The notes beneath the pieces are model-generated. The model was not told the origin of the DNA. It saw only the letters and a program-made list of their open reading frames with translations, and searched no databases. A stretch of DNA of 64,000 nt from Takakia lepidozioides (lineage: Eukaryota > Plantae > Bryophyta): positions 33,914,001 through 33,978,000 of the forward strand of contig CM060733.1 of assembly GCA_030704615.1 (NCBI GenBank), written 5' to 3'. Of the stretch, positions 37,701-50,400 are shown piece after piece. The number at the start of each line of letters is the position of its first letter. Position 1 is the first letter of the stretch. Made by a program: the position numbers and the translations under genes.

Positions 37701-40700
37701 TGCATCGTTATTAGGCCTACCTTGGAGTACACATCTGCCTTGGGAAGGCAACTCCAAATTGGCTAAAGCTTTAGAATCCATTCTGCTTTCAGTGCTCAAA
37801 CAGAGCATGTTGGTGTGCTCTTGAACAGCTAACATGGCTGTCGGGGGCGAGTTTGGCATTATGCCCTTGAGCTCTTGGCATGATGAGTTCAAGGTCAGAT
37901 GGTGGGGTCAGTTGAATCGCATTCCTGATATCAGATATCCTACCAGATACAACTGGAGGAGAACTCAACACCAACTTAGCCTGTTTAATAGAAATAGAGT
38001 CCTGTAGCTAAGTCTTGGTGGAAGGGAGATTTTCAAGTCCGTTAGGCCGGAAGAATTGACTCTGCCAAATGAAGCTGAGTTGGAGACTGAATTGTCTAAG
38101 GCCATGTCGAAAGCAGGAAAATGGTCTGAACAAAACAAAGTAACGCATAAAACTTCCCTGAACTTGTTTCCAACCTGGGGTGAGGACCTAAGGATGACCT
38201 GAATGTAAACTCAGGGTGGGGAGTCTACCTTTGACCAATAATTTGATGCATAGAGGAAAGGGCGATTGTCAATAGCCGATGTGTGGGTGGTCTGAAGACA
38301 AATATCCATTTTCTGATACAAAGTCTGGGGTATTCTCATCAGCGACCGACTATCCCGCGGTTTTGTCTTTTGGTTCCTCTCTTTGTTTGAGTAACTTCCA
38401 TCTCTGTTTGTATGATTGTAACCCGCTTAATTGATTATTAATAGAAGACTTTTGGGGCCCATGATTTTTCCTTATTCAAGTTTGGGCTGCTCATGAACTG
38501 TGTGCGCCTTTGGTCATTCATTAGTTTCATTATTATGTGGTGTTGATTATTGGTTCTGATGATCAGGTACTGTGGAATGGACACTGCCTAGAGGCACTGC
38601 TGTGCTTGTTGTCTGAGCAGCCTGTGGTAATACCCAGTACGGATGCTGGGTCAGTACTAGCCACTAGGTCTCTCATGCATCAGCGGGTGCGCGAGTGGGT
38701 AACCTATGCTTTGCTGCTTGCTCCATCCACCACGCAAGGCCTCTTACAGGTACACACCCTTCCCAGTCTGCAGAGGTCCTTCAACCTGAGTCGTGATTGC
38801 TCCTGGTTACTTACATCAGAGAAGCGAGAGACCCTTCTGCTATTTACTCCAGATACAGCACAGCTCTTGGTGCACATGTGTTTCTCTGCTTTTACAGGGC
38901 CCTTTCTCTGGCAGCTTTGCAAAGCTCTGGGAGAGATGTGAGGAGGTAAGAGTCCATCTATAGTGAGGGGATTCGTGCTCCTTTGTGTTTAGCGACTTTG
39001 GGTACCCCCCATACTCCAGGTCGGAAGCGCAGGAAGAGGCAGGGCCGGGTCAAATTTCGACAACACTGTCTAGGCTGAAGGGTAACCATGTGGTGAGGAA
39101 TGTTTGAGCAGGAATATGTTCGGCACGTGGGCACAGGGCACAAGGTGTCCCACTCAAGCGACATAATTGCACTGTTGTCAGAGATTCGGCTTGATCCAGG
39201 CAACTCTACTATGGCCACTGTGCCTGCCGTCACAGCAGCTGCCGCAGCTGCTGCTGGTGGTGACATGGGCAGCATGGAGGTGCTTTCCATTGGAATCACA
39301 AGTGCCAATGTAAAGTCAAATTACGCTGGCGAGATAGCTGGCATGAAACGGCTTTTTGGTGTTGGCTTAGGTAATCTAGCTCCCCATTCCAAGATGGTGG
39401 CAGGAAAGTGGGGGGTCGCTGGTACAGTTGGCATCCAAGATAAAAAACACGATGAGGAGTCACTACATAGTATTCTAATTGATCGGTTTGTGCAACAACT
39501 TCAACAATTTGTCACAGATGCACAACATGGCCACCATATTGATGGTGAAAAATTTCGTGAAGCCTGCTTGCAAGCTGCTGCTCTTCTTTTATCGGACATG
39601 GTATGACTCTTGTTGCCTTGGCATCTTGTGGGATTGTAGGGTAGGATGACCTCATTCCTAGTGGACTTGTAGGCGTGGTACTGGGAATGTACTAGTGAGC
39701 TAATGCACATTCTGTGTTGGTGTCCTCCTGTGCAGGATTTATGCCAAGAGGTGGTTTCAGAGGGAGCTTCACAGCTACTGCGCTTGCTGTGTTGGTGTCC
39801 CGCGCATTTATTCACAGCTGGAGTGATGGAGACGGGGGTGTTTGTGTGGACGTGGCTTCTGGCGGCAGCCCCTAAGTTGGGGTCACTGGTGCTAGCGGAG
39901 CTTGTAGATGCATGGCTCTGGACAGTGGCCAGCAGTCGGGGACTGTTTGCATCAGGGGTGGAAAACTCAGGGCCAGCAGCACAGCTCCGTCCCCAACTCA
40001 CAGCTGGGGAGCCCACACCTCCTCCCACTCAAGACCCTGTTGGAGGAATCACTGCACACCGGGTGTGGCTTGGTTTCCTCATTGACCGTTTTGAGGTGAG
40101 ACGCTCCAATTTGCAATTTCTCTGAAGTAGGTTCTATGTCATCATGCAGTGCTGGGTATTCTCGGTGAACGTGAGGACTTGCAGTGTTGCAGAGAAGTTT
40201 CGAATTGTGACTTGCATCCTTGAACCCCATCTTTCCCGGAACGTGTATGTAAACCATTCATCCAACGATGTGAAGCAGAAATTTGGGTGATAGCACTAAT
40301 ACCGAGTGTCATTCTTAACCGTTCCTTGTCATACTGAGATAGCTCATGGGAGAAGTGATCCCGGCATTGCTTTCACTGAATATTTACGTGGGATCTTGAC
40401 TTCCATTGTGCTAAAACCTTCACCTAAATAGCAGTGGGGCTCCTATTTTGTTGCTCCATGGAGGGTACATCGTATGTGAAGTTGTTGTGTTGCTTAGCAT
40501 GTCATGCAAGGAGTGGGGGTGGATAGGTGCTTGTGGAAATCAGCATGCAAAGTACGGGTCTTATAATGAACTCCCAAAAATTGTTTCTGGACTTCAGGTT
40601 GTGAGACACAGTGGAACTGACCAACTGCTGCTCTTAGCACGCTTGATGCAAGGGTCCTTGCGGACACCATCTCACTTCTCATCTCATCCAGATGCTGCCG

Positions 40701-43700
40701 GTGCCTTCTTCACACTCTTGCTCTTGGGTCTAAGGTTGTGCGATTGCCTACTCCAAATTGGCCCTCGTACTGGGAATGTTGGCGTGCACTTGCTTCGGGA
40801 TAGTATTTACAGGTATATCCAATTTGTCTTAATGATCATGCCTTCATCAAAAGTGGTTGCATTTTCAAGACAGCAATTGTGGAAAATTGGCAACGATTAC
40901 TTCCTTGGTGGCCACATGTTCTTATCACAAAAGGATCGGATTTGCGTGTCAGGTTATCAAATTCAAGAGACTACGTTGGCCTTAATTTGTGGAATAAAAG
41001 TGTCATTGTTCTCAGCCATGCATGAATATGTTTGGGTGTTGATGGAGAGGGGTGCTTATGTGCATGGGGATGTCAGAGCTGCATTTGCATGGTTTGCAGT
41101 GGAGCCTGGGTGGTTCGAGACAGACACAGAGGGCATGGCCGTGGCAGAAGCACAGGCAGTGACTACTTTTGCCCGACAATTAGCTCTCGACAGGCCTGAG
41201 AGCAGTGGCCAAGAGGAAGCCAGACGCACTTCACGAAGTGGGCCTTTCGCTGGCCCAAGTGGTTGCTTGCAGGTGGTTTATATATTCTGACATAAGAAAG
41301 TTGTACACAACTGATTTTCTATCTCATTGCTTCTGATCACCACGAGTACGTCTGATTAGTTTCTAACTGATATGTACAACTCCCATCAAAGCAATGTAGG
41401 GCATGGTTTTGCTGAACTAGTTAGGCTGTGGTACTGCTATGGGATTTCATAGACACTCCCCAATTTATCTATTGATATGCCATCTCAACAATAGCTGGTG
41501 TCTTAACAGGCAATTGATGAACACCCGGTGTGGGGAAAGGTGGATAATGAACTACTTGCAAGGGAAAGGCGTAAGCAGTTGCTGTTGGTCCTTTGCCAAC
41601 ATGAAACGGACAGGCTGGACACTTGGGCTCATCCACTAAAGTAAGGTCCTCTTGGCAATACCCCCGTGGTTGTCTAGATTTCTCTCTGTTTTGGGGGACT
41701 CGACCATGTCAAATCCTCTGTCCTCTTGTGTCATAGGCTAGAAAACTACCCATTTTTCCAAGGATGGTCGTACAAATGCATCCAACAGATGGCCCAGTGG
41801 TTAGGGCGCAACGCCTTACAAAGCCACATAGGATGTCACTCATTATAGCCAACCCAGCCATAAAGGCGGTGGGGGGGGGTGGTGTAGCCAAGTCAACGGG
41901 AGACCTAATGTGTGGGTCCTTTTGAGTCCTTGGGGGAGGTTTAGGTGACCGCCTCGTCCTTGTTACGGCCGTTAGAAGGTGTCCACCTTCCAAACAAAGG
42001 CAACATCCCTTTCCTTTGGGGTGAACTGACATCATTTACGCCTGATTCGGCAGAAGTCTTCCTATCTGTCTCTCTCTCTAGTTGTACAGTAATTGCCCGA
42101 TGTGCGGGCAGCCTGAAGACAATATTCATTTTCTGATACATTGTCCGAGCTATTCTCAACAGCGAGTGACCCTCTTCAGGACCCTCAAGAACATTGTCCT
42201 TGCACCTCTGTTCACCAACTACCATAATCTTGAGGCTGAGCTTAAAGCCCTGGCCCTGTTGGAGTCTAATTGCTGGACATAGCAAGTTGATGCTTGTGTG
42301 AAGGGCTTTCTAGAGGATATCTGGAAAGCCTGAACTAATTGTCTCTATCAAGGTAAGTCACACACACCACTGGAGTGAGCCCCTGACATGACAAAGAGAA
42401 CTGCTCCGTTTTGTTCTGCCCAAACTGTGCACGGGTCTATGGCCACAAGGCCAAGGCAAACAACGTCTTATGAGTACATTCTCTAGTTGTACAAGCAACA
42501 CTCTTTAGAAATATACCAGTAAATTTCTTTGTCCATGGCCAGCTCTGGGGAGATTTTAATGTGCCTCCATTCCCTCAGTGGCAACAACTTCATGGGCAGA
42601 AACTTGATTTGTGGCTGATGTGGTGAAGGTCTAGAAATCTTGCTGAATAGCTTTCAGAATCCAACAATTTTGCTAATGAAGATGTTCTTGTCTTGAGATG
42701 TACTCGGCTTCTGTGTAGCTCTGGTTACTCTTCACAAGAGGGTAAGTGGTCGACATTGTCTCAGGCATTGGAAGCAGCAAGTGCTTAAGACGAAATCCTT
42801 GTTGCAAGGACATATGCATGAAATTGTACAGACTAATGTACTGAGCTCAAAATAAGTTGTAGTATTTAGGTCACTCTTAATTTAAGAAAGCTACAACTGT
42901 TTTGGCAACTTCTGGTCTTGCAAATGCTTTGTGCAGAGTAGTATCACAGTGAACTGATCCAGATGTCATGTTGCGCTTGCGTGATCATTGTGATTATCTT
43001 TTAGGGAGATCATGGGGCCGCGCTTTCGATTTAGTTTGGAGCGATGGGCTGATCATGTGAAGACAGCTTGGGCAGTGGACCCTCGCATTGCTCTGGCCCT
43101 TGTGGCCAGATTTCCTGGTGCAATTTCTCTGAAGGCGGAAGTTTCTTCAATGGTGCAGGTGTGGCTTCTTCTGTAATCAGTAGAGTGAAAGGATTGTGTG
43201 ACACTGGCACCTCATTTTACTAGCTGTGCCTGCCAACCATTTTCTCAGGACACTTGGAGATTTTTACCAGACTCTTCCTATGAAAATGTCCACACTGCTC
43301 CCCAAATCATCCTATTACTGGTTCCTTCGACAGTTTCAGAATCGTTTTTATGATGAGTTTATATCCCTTCTATCTGAGAAGACTTGAAATCAAGTACGTA
43401 TCAAATATGCAGGTCAGTGTTGTGTGCAATGGAGGGAGACAACCTAGCAGTTAGCCTGTTGGACTGCTCTCGCCTAGAGTTGGTGACATGACCTGATAAT
43501 GAAGATTCTTGAAAGTTTATATACACTAGGAAGCCCTTTACTGGCAGCAACCAGACTAATTGTGAAGCAGAGAAGTAGTTACATATAGTATTTGAGGTAT
43601 GCCTGTCAGCAAGTGCTAGCTATGGAAAATCAGCACCAGTGGTCGTCCAGGGTGTGAGTTGAAGCCAGGCTGGTTTGATGGGTTCGTGATGCATGCAGGC

Positions 43701-46700
43701 ACATATACCAGAGCTCACCCAGATACCTGGTGCACTACCGTACTTTGTAACACCCAAGGCAGTGGAAGAAGACTCGGCTGTCTTGCACTGGCTACCCCAC
43801 TGGGCACCCTGTTCCATTACTCAAGCTCTAGATTTCTTAACTCCCCAATACAAGGGCCACATCCGCGTCATGGCCTATGTTCTTCGCGTCCTGGAATCGT
43901 ATCCTCCTGAGAGGGTCACCTTCTTCATGCCCCAGCTTGTGCAATCCCTTCGCTACGATCAAGGAGTTAGTCTCTCTCCTCTCTCTCTCTATCTCTTGCA
44001 TCGTCTTATGACTACATTCTCTCTTGCATTGTTTCCAGTTTGTGACATGGGTGAGGACCTTAAGGATGATCTGAAGGGCCTACCTACCCTCGGGACCAGA
44101 CTGAAGCTTAAGCTCAGGGCAGGGATTCTACTTTTGAACAATAAACAGATGCAGAGAGGAAATGGAGATTGTCAATGCCTGATGTGTGGGCTGCCTGAAG
44201 ACAATATCCATTTTCTGATACCATGTCCAGGGTGTTCTCATCAAAGAGCGACCCTCTTCAGGCCATCAAGAGCATAGTCCCTGCATCTCCGTGCACTAGC
44301 TTTTAAAATGTTTGCACTGAGCCTTAAGCCCTGGCCCTGGGGTCGAATTGCTGGTCTGCTCTCACACAGGAGACTGATGCTTCTGTGAAGGGCTTTCAAG
44401 AGGAAATCTGGAAAGCCCGAACAAAGTGTTTATATCAAGGTAAGTCCACTACTGGAGTCAACCCCTCACAAAGGTAGTGTCTTGTTCCGCCCAAACTGCC
44501 ACACTTCTACACAGCAAATGAGCTTATGAGTACATTCTCTTGCATTGTTCCACCCAAACTGGGTGTGGGGTCTATTGCCATAAGGCTACTGCAAACAACG
44601 TCTTATGAGTACATTCTTCTCTGTTGCACGGAGGCCTTGTGCATGCTAAAGAGGATTTTTCATTCCTGATCTCCAAAACACGTGGAGTGTTCCCTGGTCA
44701 ATGACCCTGCTTGATGCTCCAGTTAATTATCAAGTGCTTTTATCTGAAAAAGGAAATGGACAATCTAGACCGTTACAAGCTCATTCTATATGAGGCCCGT
44801 TCCTGACATTATTTGATGGATTTGGTGCAGGAGCTAGTGGAAGGGTACTTGATGGTTGCCGCACAACAAAGCAATTTGTTTGCGCATATTTTGATATGGC
44901 AGCTTCAGGTAGGCACGCACCTACTCAAGGGGCCCGAGGTTTTTGTAGAAGATTGTTTACCGTCCAAATGTCGTCTTTATTTAAAGCTGATCTGATGGTT
45001 TCTGTAATTGCAGGGTGAGGAGCTACCACCTGAAGAAGCAGGAAAGGAAGCTACTGTGGGCAAGGTATGTATTCATCCCTGAAACTGGGACCGTGTTTGT
45101 ATTGACGGAAAGCTGGTATTGACTCTCTTGCTTGTTTTTGACTGGTAGGACTGCTCTATTATAGGGAATAGGGCCCAAGCCACCAGTAATATTGTAAAAT
45201 TGCATGGCAGGCAAATGCGCTGTATGAGATAGGACCTAGGGTGAAGCAGCGGATTATTGACGGTTTCACCCCAGAAGCCCATGATGTTTTCATCCGAGAG
45301 TTTCGCTTCTTTGACAAAGTGACCTCCATTTCTGGGGTACTTTACCCCTTGCCCAAGGATGAACGTCGGGCAGGCATTCGCAGGTGAAGATTCCTGCTCT
45401 GATTTTTGTCTTGTCGCTGTGAAGGTTGCATCATCTGTCTGTAGTATCAGCTGTTTCAAAGCAATAAAAATGTATGTGCTCAACATCACACTTCTATCAG
45501 GTCAGTCAGGTAGGGCTGGTCTAGTGTCTCTGTGGTTTATCTCTTAGATGATCTATCAGTACATGAAAGTTGCATGGAATGGGACCTGTGAGTCACTGTG
45601 GGATCTTGCCTTGTGGACTTGGATAGGGAGCTGGAGAAGATAGAGGTGGAGGGAGAAGACTTGTATCTGCCAACTGCACCCAATATGCTTGTCAAGGGTA
45701 TTGAGGTGGACAGTGGCATCCCATTGCAGTCAGCGGCCAAGGTGCCCATCATGATTACTTTTGATGTGATCGACAAGGATGGTGACCCACAGGATGTCAA
45801 GCTCCAGGCCTGCATCTTCAAGGTTGGTTTGGTTGTGTGCATGTCAGGGTTCTCATCCTACTATGATGATAGTGATTGTGAAGGTCATACTGGCTGTACT
45901 ACGTTACAAAGGTAAGTATCCCTGGGCATGTATGGCTGTCGTAGTTCTCAGCTTTCAGATGGGAAAGCCCAACAGCAGTCAGGTTTACAGTGTGGTGATG
46001 TGCTGCAGGTGGGAGATGATTGCCGGCAGGATGTGTTGGCTCTGCAGGTCATAGCACTCTTGAAGAACATATGGGAAGCAGTGGGTCTCCACCTTTATCT
46101 CTTTCCATATGGAGTTCTTCCGACTGGTTATGGCAGGGGCATCATTGAGGTAGTTCCATTGAGGAAGTTTTTCCTTTGAAGTAGCTGCAGCAAGGTGGAC
46201 ATTTGCTTTTGTCTTTGTTTATTAACAAACCCATGATGCAGAAAGGTGCAATTAGCTGCAATTATAACTGGTTCTCTGACAATCCTGGCTGTTGTTGCAG
46301 GTGGTACCTAACAGTCGTAGTCGAAATCAAATGGGAGAGGTGACAGATGGGGGTTTGTATGAACTTTTCCAACAGGAGTATGGCCCTGTGGGCTCTGCAC
46401 GCTTCGAAGCAGCTCGTGACAACTTTGTTGTGAGCAGTGCTGGTTATGCCGTAGCGAGCCTTTTACTCCAGCCCAAGGATCGTCATAATGGCAATCTTCT
46501 GTTTGACAAGTACTCCCTTCTTTGCTCTTCTTCCAACTCAGCTCACCAACTGTCACAAGCCTTCACTATCTGAGATAATAAGGAACCCAACAGCCCTCTT
46601 GAGCTGCTGAGTTTTAAAGCTAAGGGAAAGCTTATGGAAATTACTCTGGAAAGTATGTCCAAGATAATGATGTTTTGTCATGGGAGCCTTGGGGTCTGAT

Positions 46701-47494
46701 GGTTTGTTGTACCTTTGAGGACACTCAACTTTGTCCACACATTGATGCAGTTCAGCATTTAGCCCTCCAAGTATTGATTTGAAGATGTAAGTAAGAAGCA
46801 TTCAACAAGTGCTGTGCAGGTTTGCCACTTAGTACTGGCTGAGGATTGACAGAACTTGTGGAATGGCATGATCAGTGAGGGGAGGTTGGTGCACATTGAC
46901 TTTGGCTTCATATTGGAGACATCTCCGGGAGGTAATTTGCGCTTTGAGAGTGCACAGTTCAAGTTGAGCCATGAAATGACACAGCTCCTTGATCCTTCGG
47001 GAGTGATGAAGAGTGACACTTGGCACCGCTTTGTCAGGTCTGCATTCTGTCTCTCCGCTCATCTTCTCCATGTGCTTGAAAGGGTCTTGGCCGAGTACGC
47101 AAGCAGTCAAATATCACTGTGTGTGTTCACGGGATGTTAGTGCTATAGCGTAGAATTTGCATTGAATCAGGATTGAAAAATATTGCAGTTCCTCCTGACA
47201 TCTCCAAAGGAATTTGGGTGTTGCATGGATGGCAGTTTGTGTGTGAAGGGGTACTTGGCAGCCAGGCAACACATGCACGGAATTGTGAGCACAGTACTTC
47301 TCATGGTTGATAGTGGGCTGCCGTGCTTCAGTCGAGGTGATCCAATTGGCAATTTCCGCAAGCGATTTCATCCGGAAATGAGTGAGCGTGATGCTGCCAA
47401 CTTCATGATCAAGACTTGTGCTGATGCATACAATAAGTGGAGCACTGCTGGCTACGATTTAATTCAGTACCTGCAGCAGGGCATTGAGAAATAG
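31787..47494 (+). CDS. PI4KA1: Phosphatidylinositol 4-kinase alpha (type III alpha), ~26 exons
   Basis: The N-terminus MRALTELCDV resembles plant PI4Kalpha. Internal motifs: IRKRDW; helical domain LPHWAPCSITQALDFL..FFMPQLVQSLRYD; kinase GIPLQSAAKVP, IFKVGDDCRQDVLALQ, QPKDRHNGNLL, HIDFGFILE; C-terminus YDLIQYLQQGIEK*. Confidence 0.97.
37428..38360 (+). mobile_element. RTE/RTEX-like LINE pieces in a PI4K intron (two 3'-end fragments followed by an internal thumb/zinc-knuckle fragment)
   Basis: The tail gcaaacaacgtcttattgagtacgttc is followed by (ct)n. Decayed coding sequence reads GVEFSSSCNWDVHL..RPTLEY..AV.GEFGI..WWGQL and matches 61790-62880. Confidence 0.8.
42080..42484 (+). mobile_element. 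5'-truncated LINE copy in a PI4K intron
   Basis: CPMCGQPEDNIHFLIHCP knuckle; ends gcaaacaacgtcttatgagtacattctct; preceded by (ct)n. Confidence 0.85.
44000..44622 (+). mobile_element. 5'-truncated LINE copy with extra 3'-end fragments in a PI4K intron
   Basis: TRLKLKLRAG..CLMCGLPEDNIHFLIPCP. The tail motif occurs at ~44003, ~44514 and ~44591, and the copy follows (ct)n. Confidence 0.85.
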
Positions 47495-49871
47495 AAAACC
47501 CATTATGCACATTCTGATTCTGGTATGAAACAGGCATTGTGGAGAGAATTGGACTCTACACGGGCCAGCTAGAGTAGGTACATGCATTTTTGGTAGTGGC
47601 ATTTGGCCCTGCCTAAATAAACCCCTACTCCACGGAGTGAGGTTAGAATCTGTAGATACAGTCAGATTTATGAATATTTATCCTCACTAGTTGAAAATCC
47701 CCAGTTAGTAGCAGCTGACTACCAAAGGTAGCCATCAAATTGTAGACCTCTCAGTCTTCGTGTATCATAGCAAATGGGATTTTCCATGGAGGTATGAAGA
47801 GCCGTTATCCAGTTGAGGTGATCTGGTGCAGGCATTCATCTTTTCTTATTTATTTGTATCATGACCTTGCCACACTTCTTATTGCTTCATGGCACATATA
47901 TCATTCTTTGTAGTAAAATCTTATCTTCAGGAATCATCTGCGCTCTTGGGATGTGGTGAGGATGTACTGCTGGATTGGGTAGCAACCTGGACTTCATTGT
48001 GGGGAAGAGTACTGGACCTCATCAAATTCAGCAGTGTGAACACAACCTAAGATGATACTTTGGTGGTTGCCAATCAAACACCTGAGAAGATGGTGTTGGG
48101 GTTAAGTAGATATCTGTTATCACGCATAGAGTTTGCTTGGAGCGGATTGTTCAAAGGAAATTGACACTTGACACCCTGTGCAAGTGTACCACAGCATGAA
48201 ACAAGACAAGCGTCTGATTTCTGGGCCACAAGTTGACTTCATTCACCTGCAAACTATCAACTGTCATGTCACCGGAGAATCACTCATCAGGTGACTGCTC
48301 TTCCCTTCTTTCTCTCAGAAAAACTGTAGACCAGACAGACATTCTGAAACCAAATTGGGTTTCTTCACTCAGCAATTGTGTCAATTGTTTGATTCTTTCT
48401 TTTTCTTCTGCGGATTCGGATCGCCCACCACCTGGCGGCACTATCCCACAGGGCTAATCCACTCATGCATAGATGCTTGCTTGGTTCATATGCAGAGATA
48501 AGAAGAGAATGTTTGAGGACCTCCTATGTGTGCTCCATACATCTGTGGGCCCGCGCCGCACACATTGTGGGCACAAGTGGGATTTGTCTTTTGGTGGATG
48601 CTTGCACTAAGTCTGGCCCTTCCATACTATCACAGCTATGCCTATCAGACTTTTTTTTTTTTTTTCGTTTTTGTTCTCTCTGAAAACGGGAGCAGACTCT
48701 AGTCCCACTGAATGATAGCATTAAAAGTTACCATGAAAAAAATAAGCATGGAGGGAGCCATGAGATATCAGCAAGCCTTGAGAAATTACACATATACTAC
48801 CTGGTAACAAATAAGGTAATTAGGTTTTACCCAACACGTGTCTAATTGATGACGTGGCTCCGCTCCAAGAAAATGGGCACACCAGGTTTTCATCCACGTA
48901 TGCGGATGAATTTCCTAAATACGGATAAGAATCCTGAGAACGTGCACTCGGATATGAATCTAGGGCGTGCGGATATGGTTTACCTCCCCGCCCCAAATTT
49001 AGCTGCAGTTTACTGCTGCTAAATTTGGCTTGGCTGTGTAGACTAATTAGCTCAACTAGCTGGCACGGGAACTGTCTGGGAAGATGGGACCAACAATGAT
49101 ATATATACATATATACATATTTAGGAGAAATCAGTGCAGTGAAACTTGAAGGAGAAAGCAAATTACCTCCCAGAGTAACCCCCCACCCGGGGGAATACTC
49201 TTTTTATAAATAGTCTAGAGTGCAGGAGGCTGTCAAGCAGAGGTGATTAGCATTGGCATTTAATACTTAGCCAAGTTTGGACTTACTCAAATTTCGCCTT
49301 TGTAACCCAGTGTCACCCTGATCGGAGGTTACACTCCCTACAGTTCCATGTCACTCTCAGAGGGGGTGGGGTCCTGTCCTGTCTGATATCGCACATGTGA
49401 GTGGGTTAAGTTCTTACATTATTCCTAGTGTTCTCCGCCAGTGAATTTCATATAGTGTTCTCCGCTTTCGATATTACATTTATTTGTTTATGTTTATGTT
49501 TAAAGGCGTGACAGCTCACAATTCATGTGGGCATCACAATTCATGTGGGCCTTTACAGAGGAGGAGGGGGGAGATTTAACTCCCTTCCATATAAGCCATA
49601 GAGCCACATAGATTTAACGTGAGTCAACGTGACCATGGCCGTGTGAGAGAGCGCATCGGTGCTTCCCGCCCCAGCATATGAGTATGGGAGTGCCCTACGA
49701 AAACAGGGTTGGGAACAGCGGAACTGGGGATAGCACAGACGATTCAGGAGCCAAAGGGTGTACGCGAGTGGGGACTGCCCCGCAAATAGGGCCTGAATGT
49801 ATCACGTTATCTTTGGCGTTACATGGAGCCTTTCGGGCTCAAGGGTGGGGAATTGCCTGCCTGAGCACCAC

Positions 49872-50400
49872 ATATATATATGACGCCAGCTGAAGCTAGC
49901 GTAAAGCTCTTTCCCATGCGGGTACTGCCCCTTTACAGGGGTGGGCTCTATCGGAACCTGTAACGTCACACCGTGACTAGGTGGCCACTTTCAATCTTGC
50001 GTTTGTTGAGAATAAGGGATGTGAGCAAAGTGATACCCTAAAGTATGGTGCGTAGAAAGGGTGTGGTATGGTAGGCAGTAGTTTAAGGTTTTCTTTAAGG
50101 ATGTGGACATTGTGTGTATGTGCGGCTCCTCTGATACCTGCAGTAATAATAGTCGGGGGAGCCGTGTTGGCGAAGGGCCTGTATAAGGGGTTCATATTTA
50201 TCTCGTTTGTATTGGATTGATTGATGTGGGTATCACTGCACCATAGTTTTTAATGGCAACTTCTATGTGTTTCCAGTTGGCTTCCAACTTGTCAAATTCA
50301 GGGGAGGCCAAAGATCAGATCATTGCCTAGTGACCTTGCCATAGATCAGGATGTGTTGGAGCCTTGTCGATGTACATATGTGGCCTCATTTTGAATATTA
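49872..50400 (-). mobile_element. 3' fragment of an RLE-type non-LTR retrotransposon, ending in a hairpin and (TA)n
   Basis: Decayed PD..IEV.IK..CSDT followed by IITAGIRGAAH..ILKENLKL resembles a restriction-like endonuclease C-terminus. A short 3' UTR ends acgctagc-ttca-gctggcgt-ca(ta)n. Confidence 0.5.

Noticed and set aside
48815-49170. Possible MITE bounded by aggtaatt/aattacct
   Set aside because: Only an 8-bp inverted match with no TSD, which is insufficient support.
49301-49512. TGT(A/C)AC...GTGACA segment resembling a short solo LTR
   Set aside because: No target-site duplication, PBS/PPT or second copy is visible.
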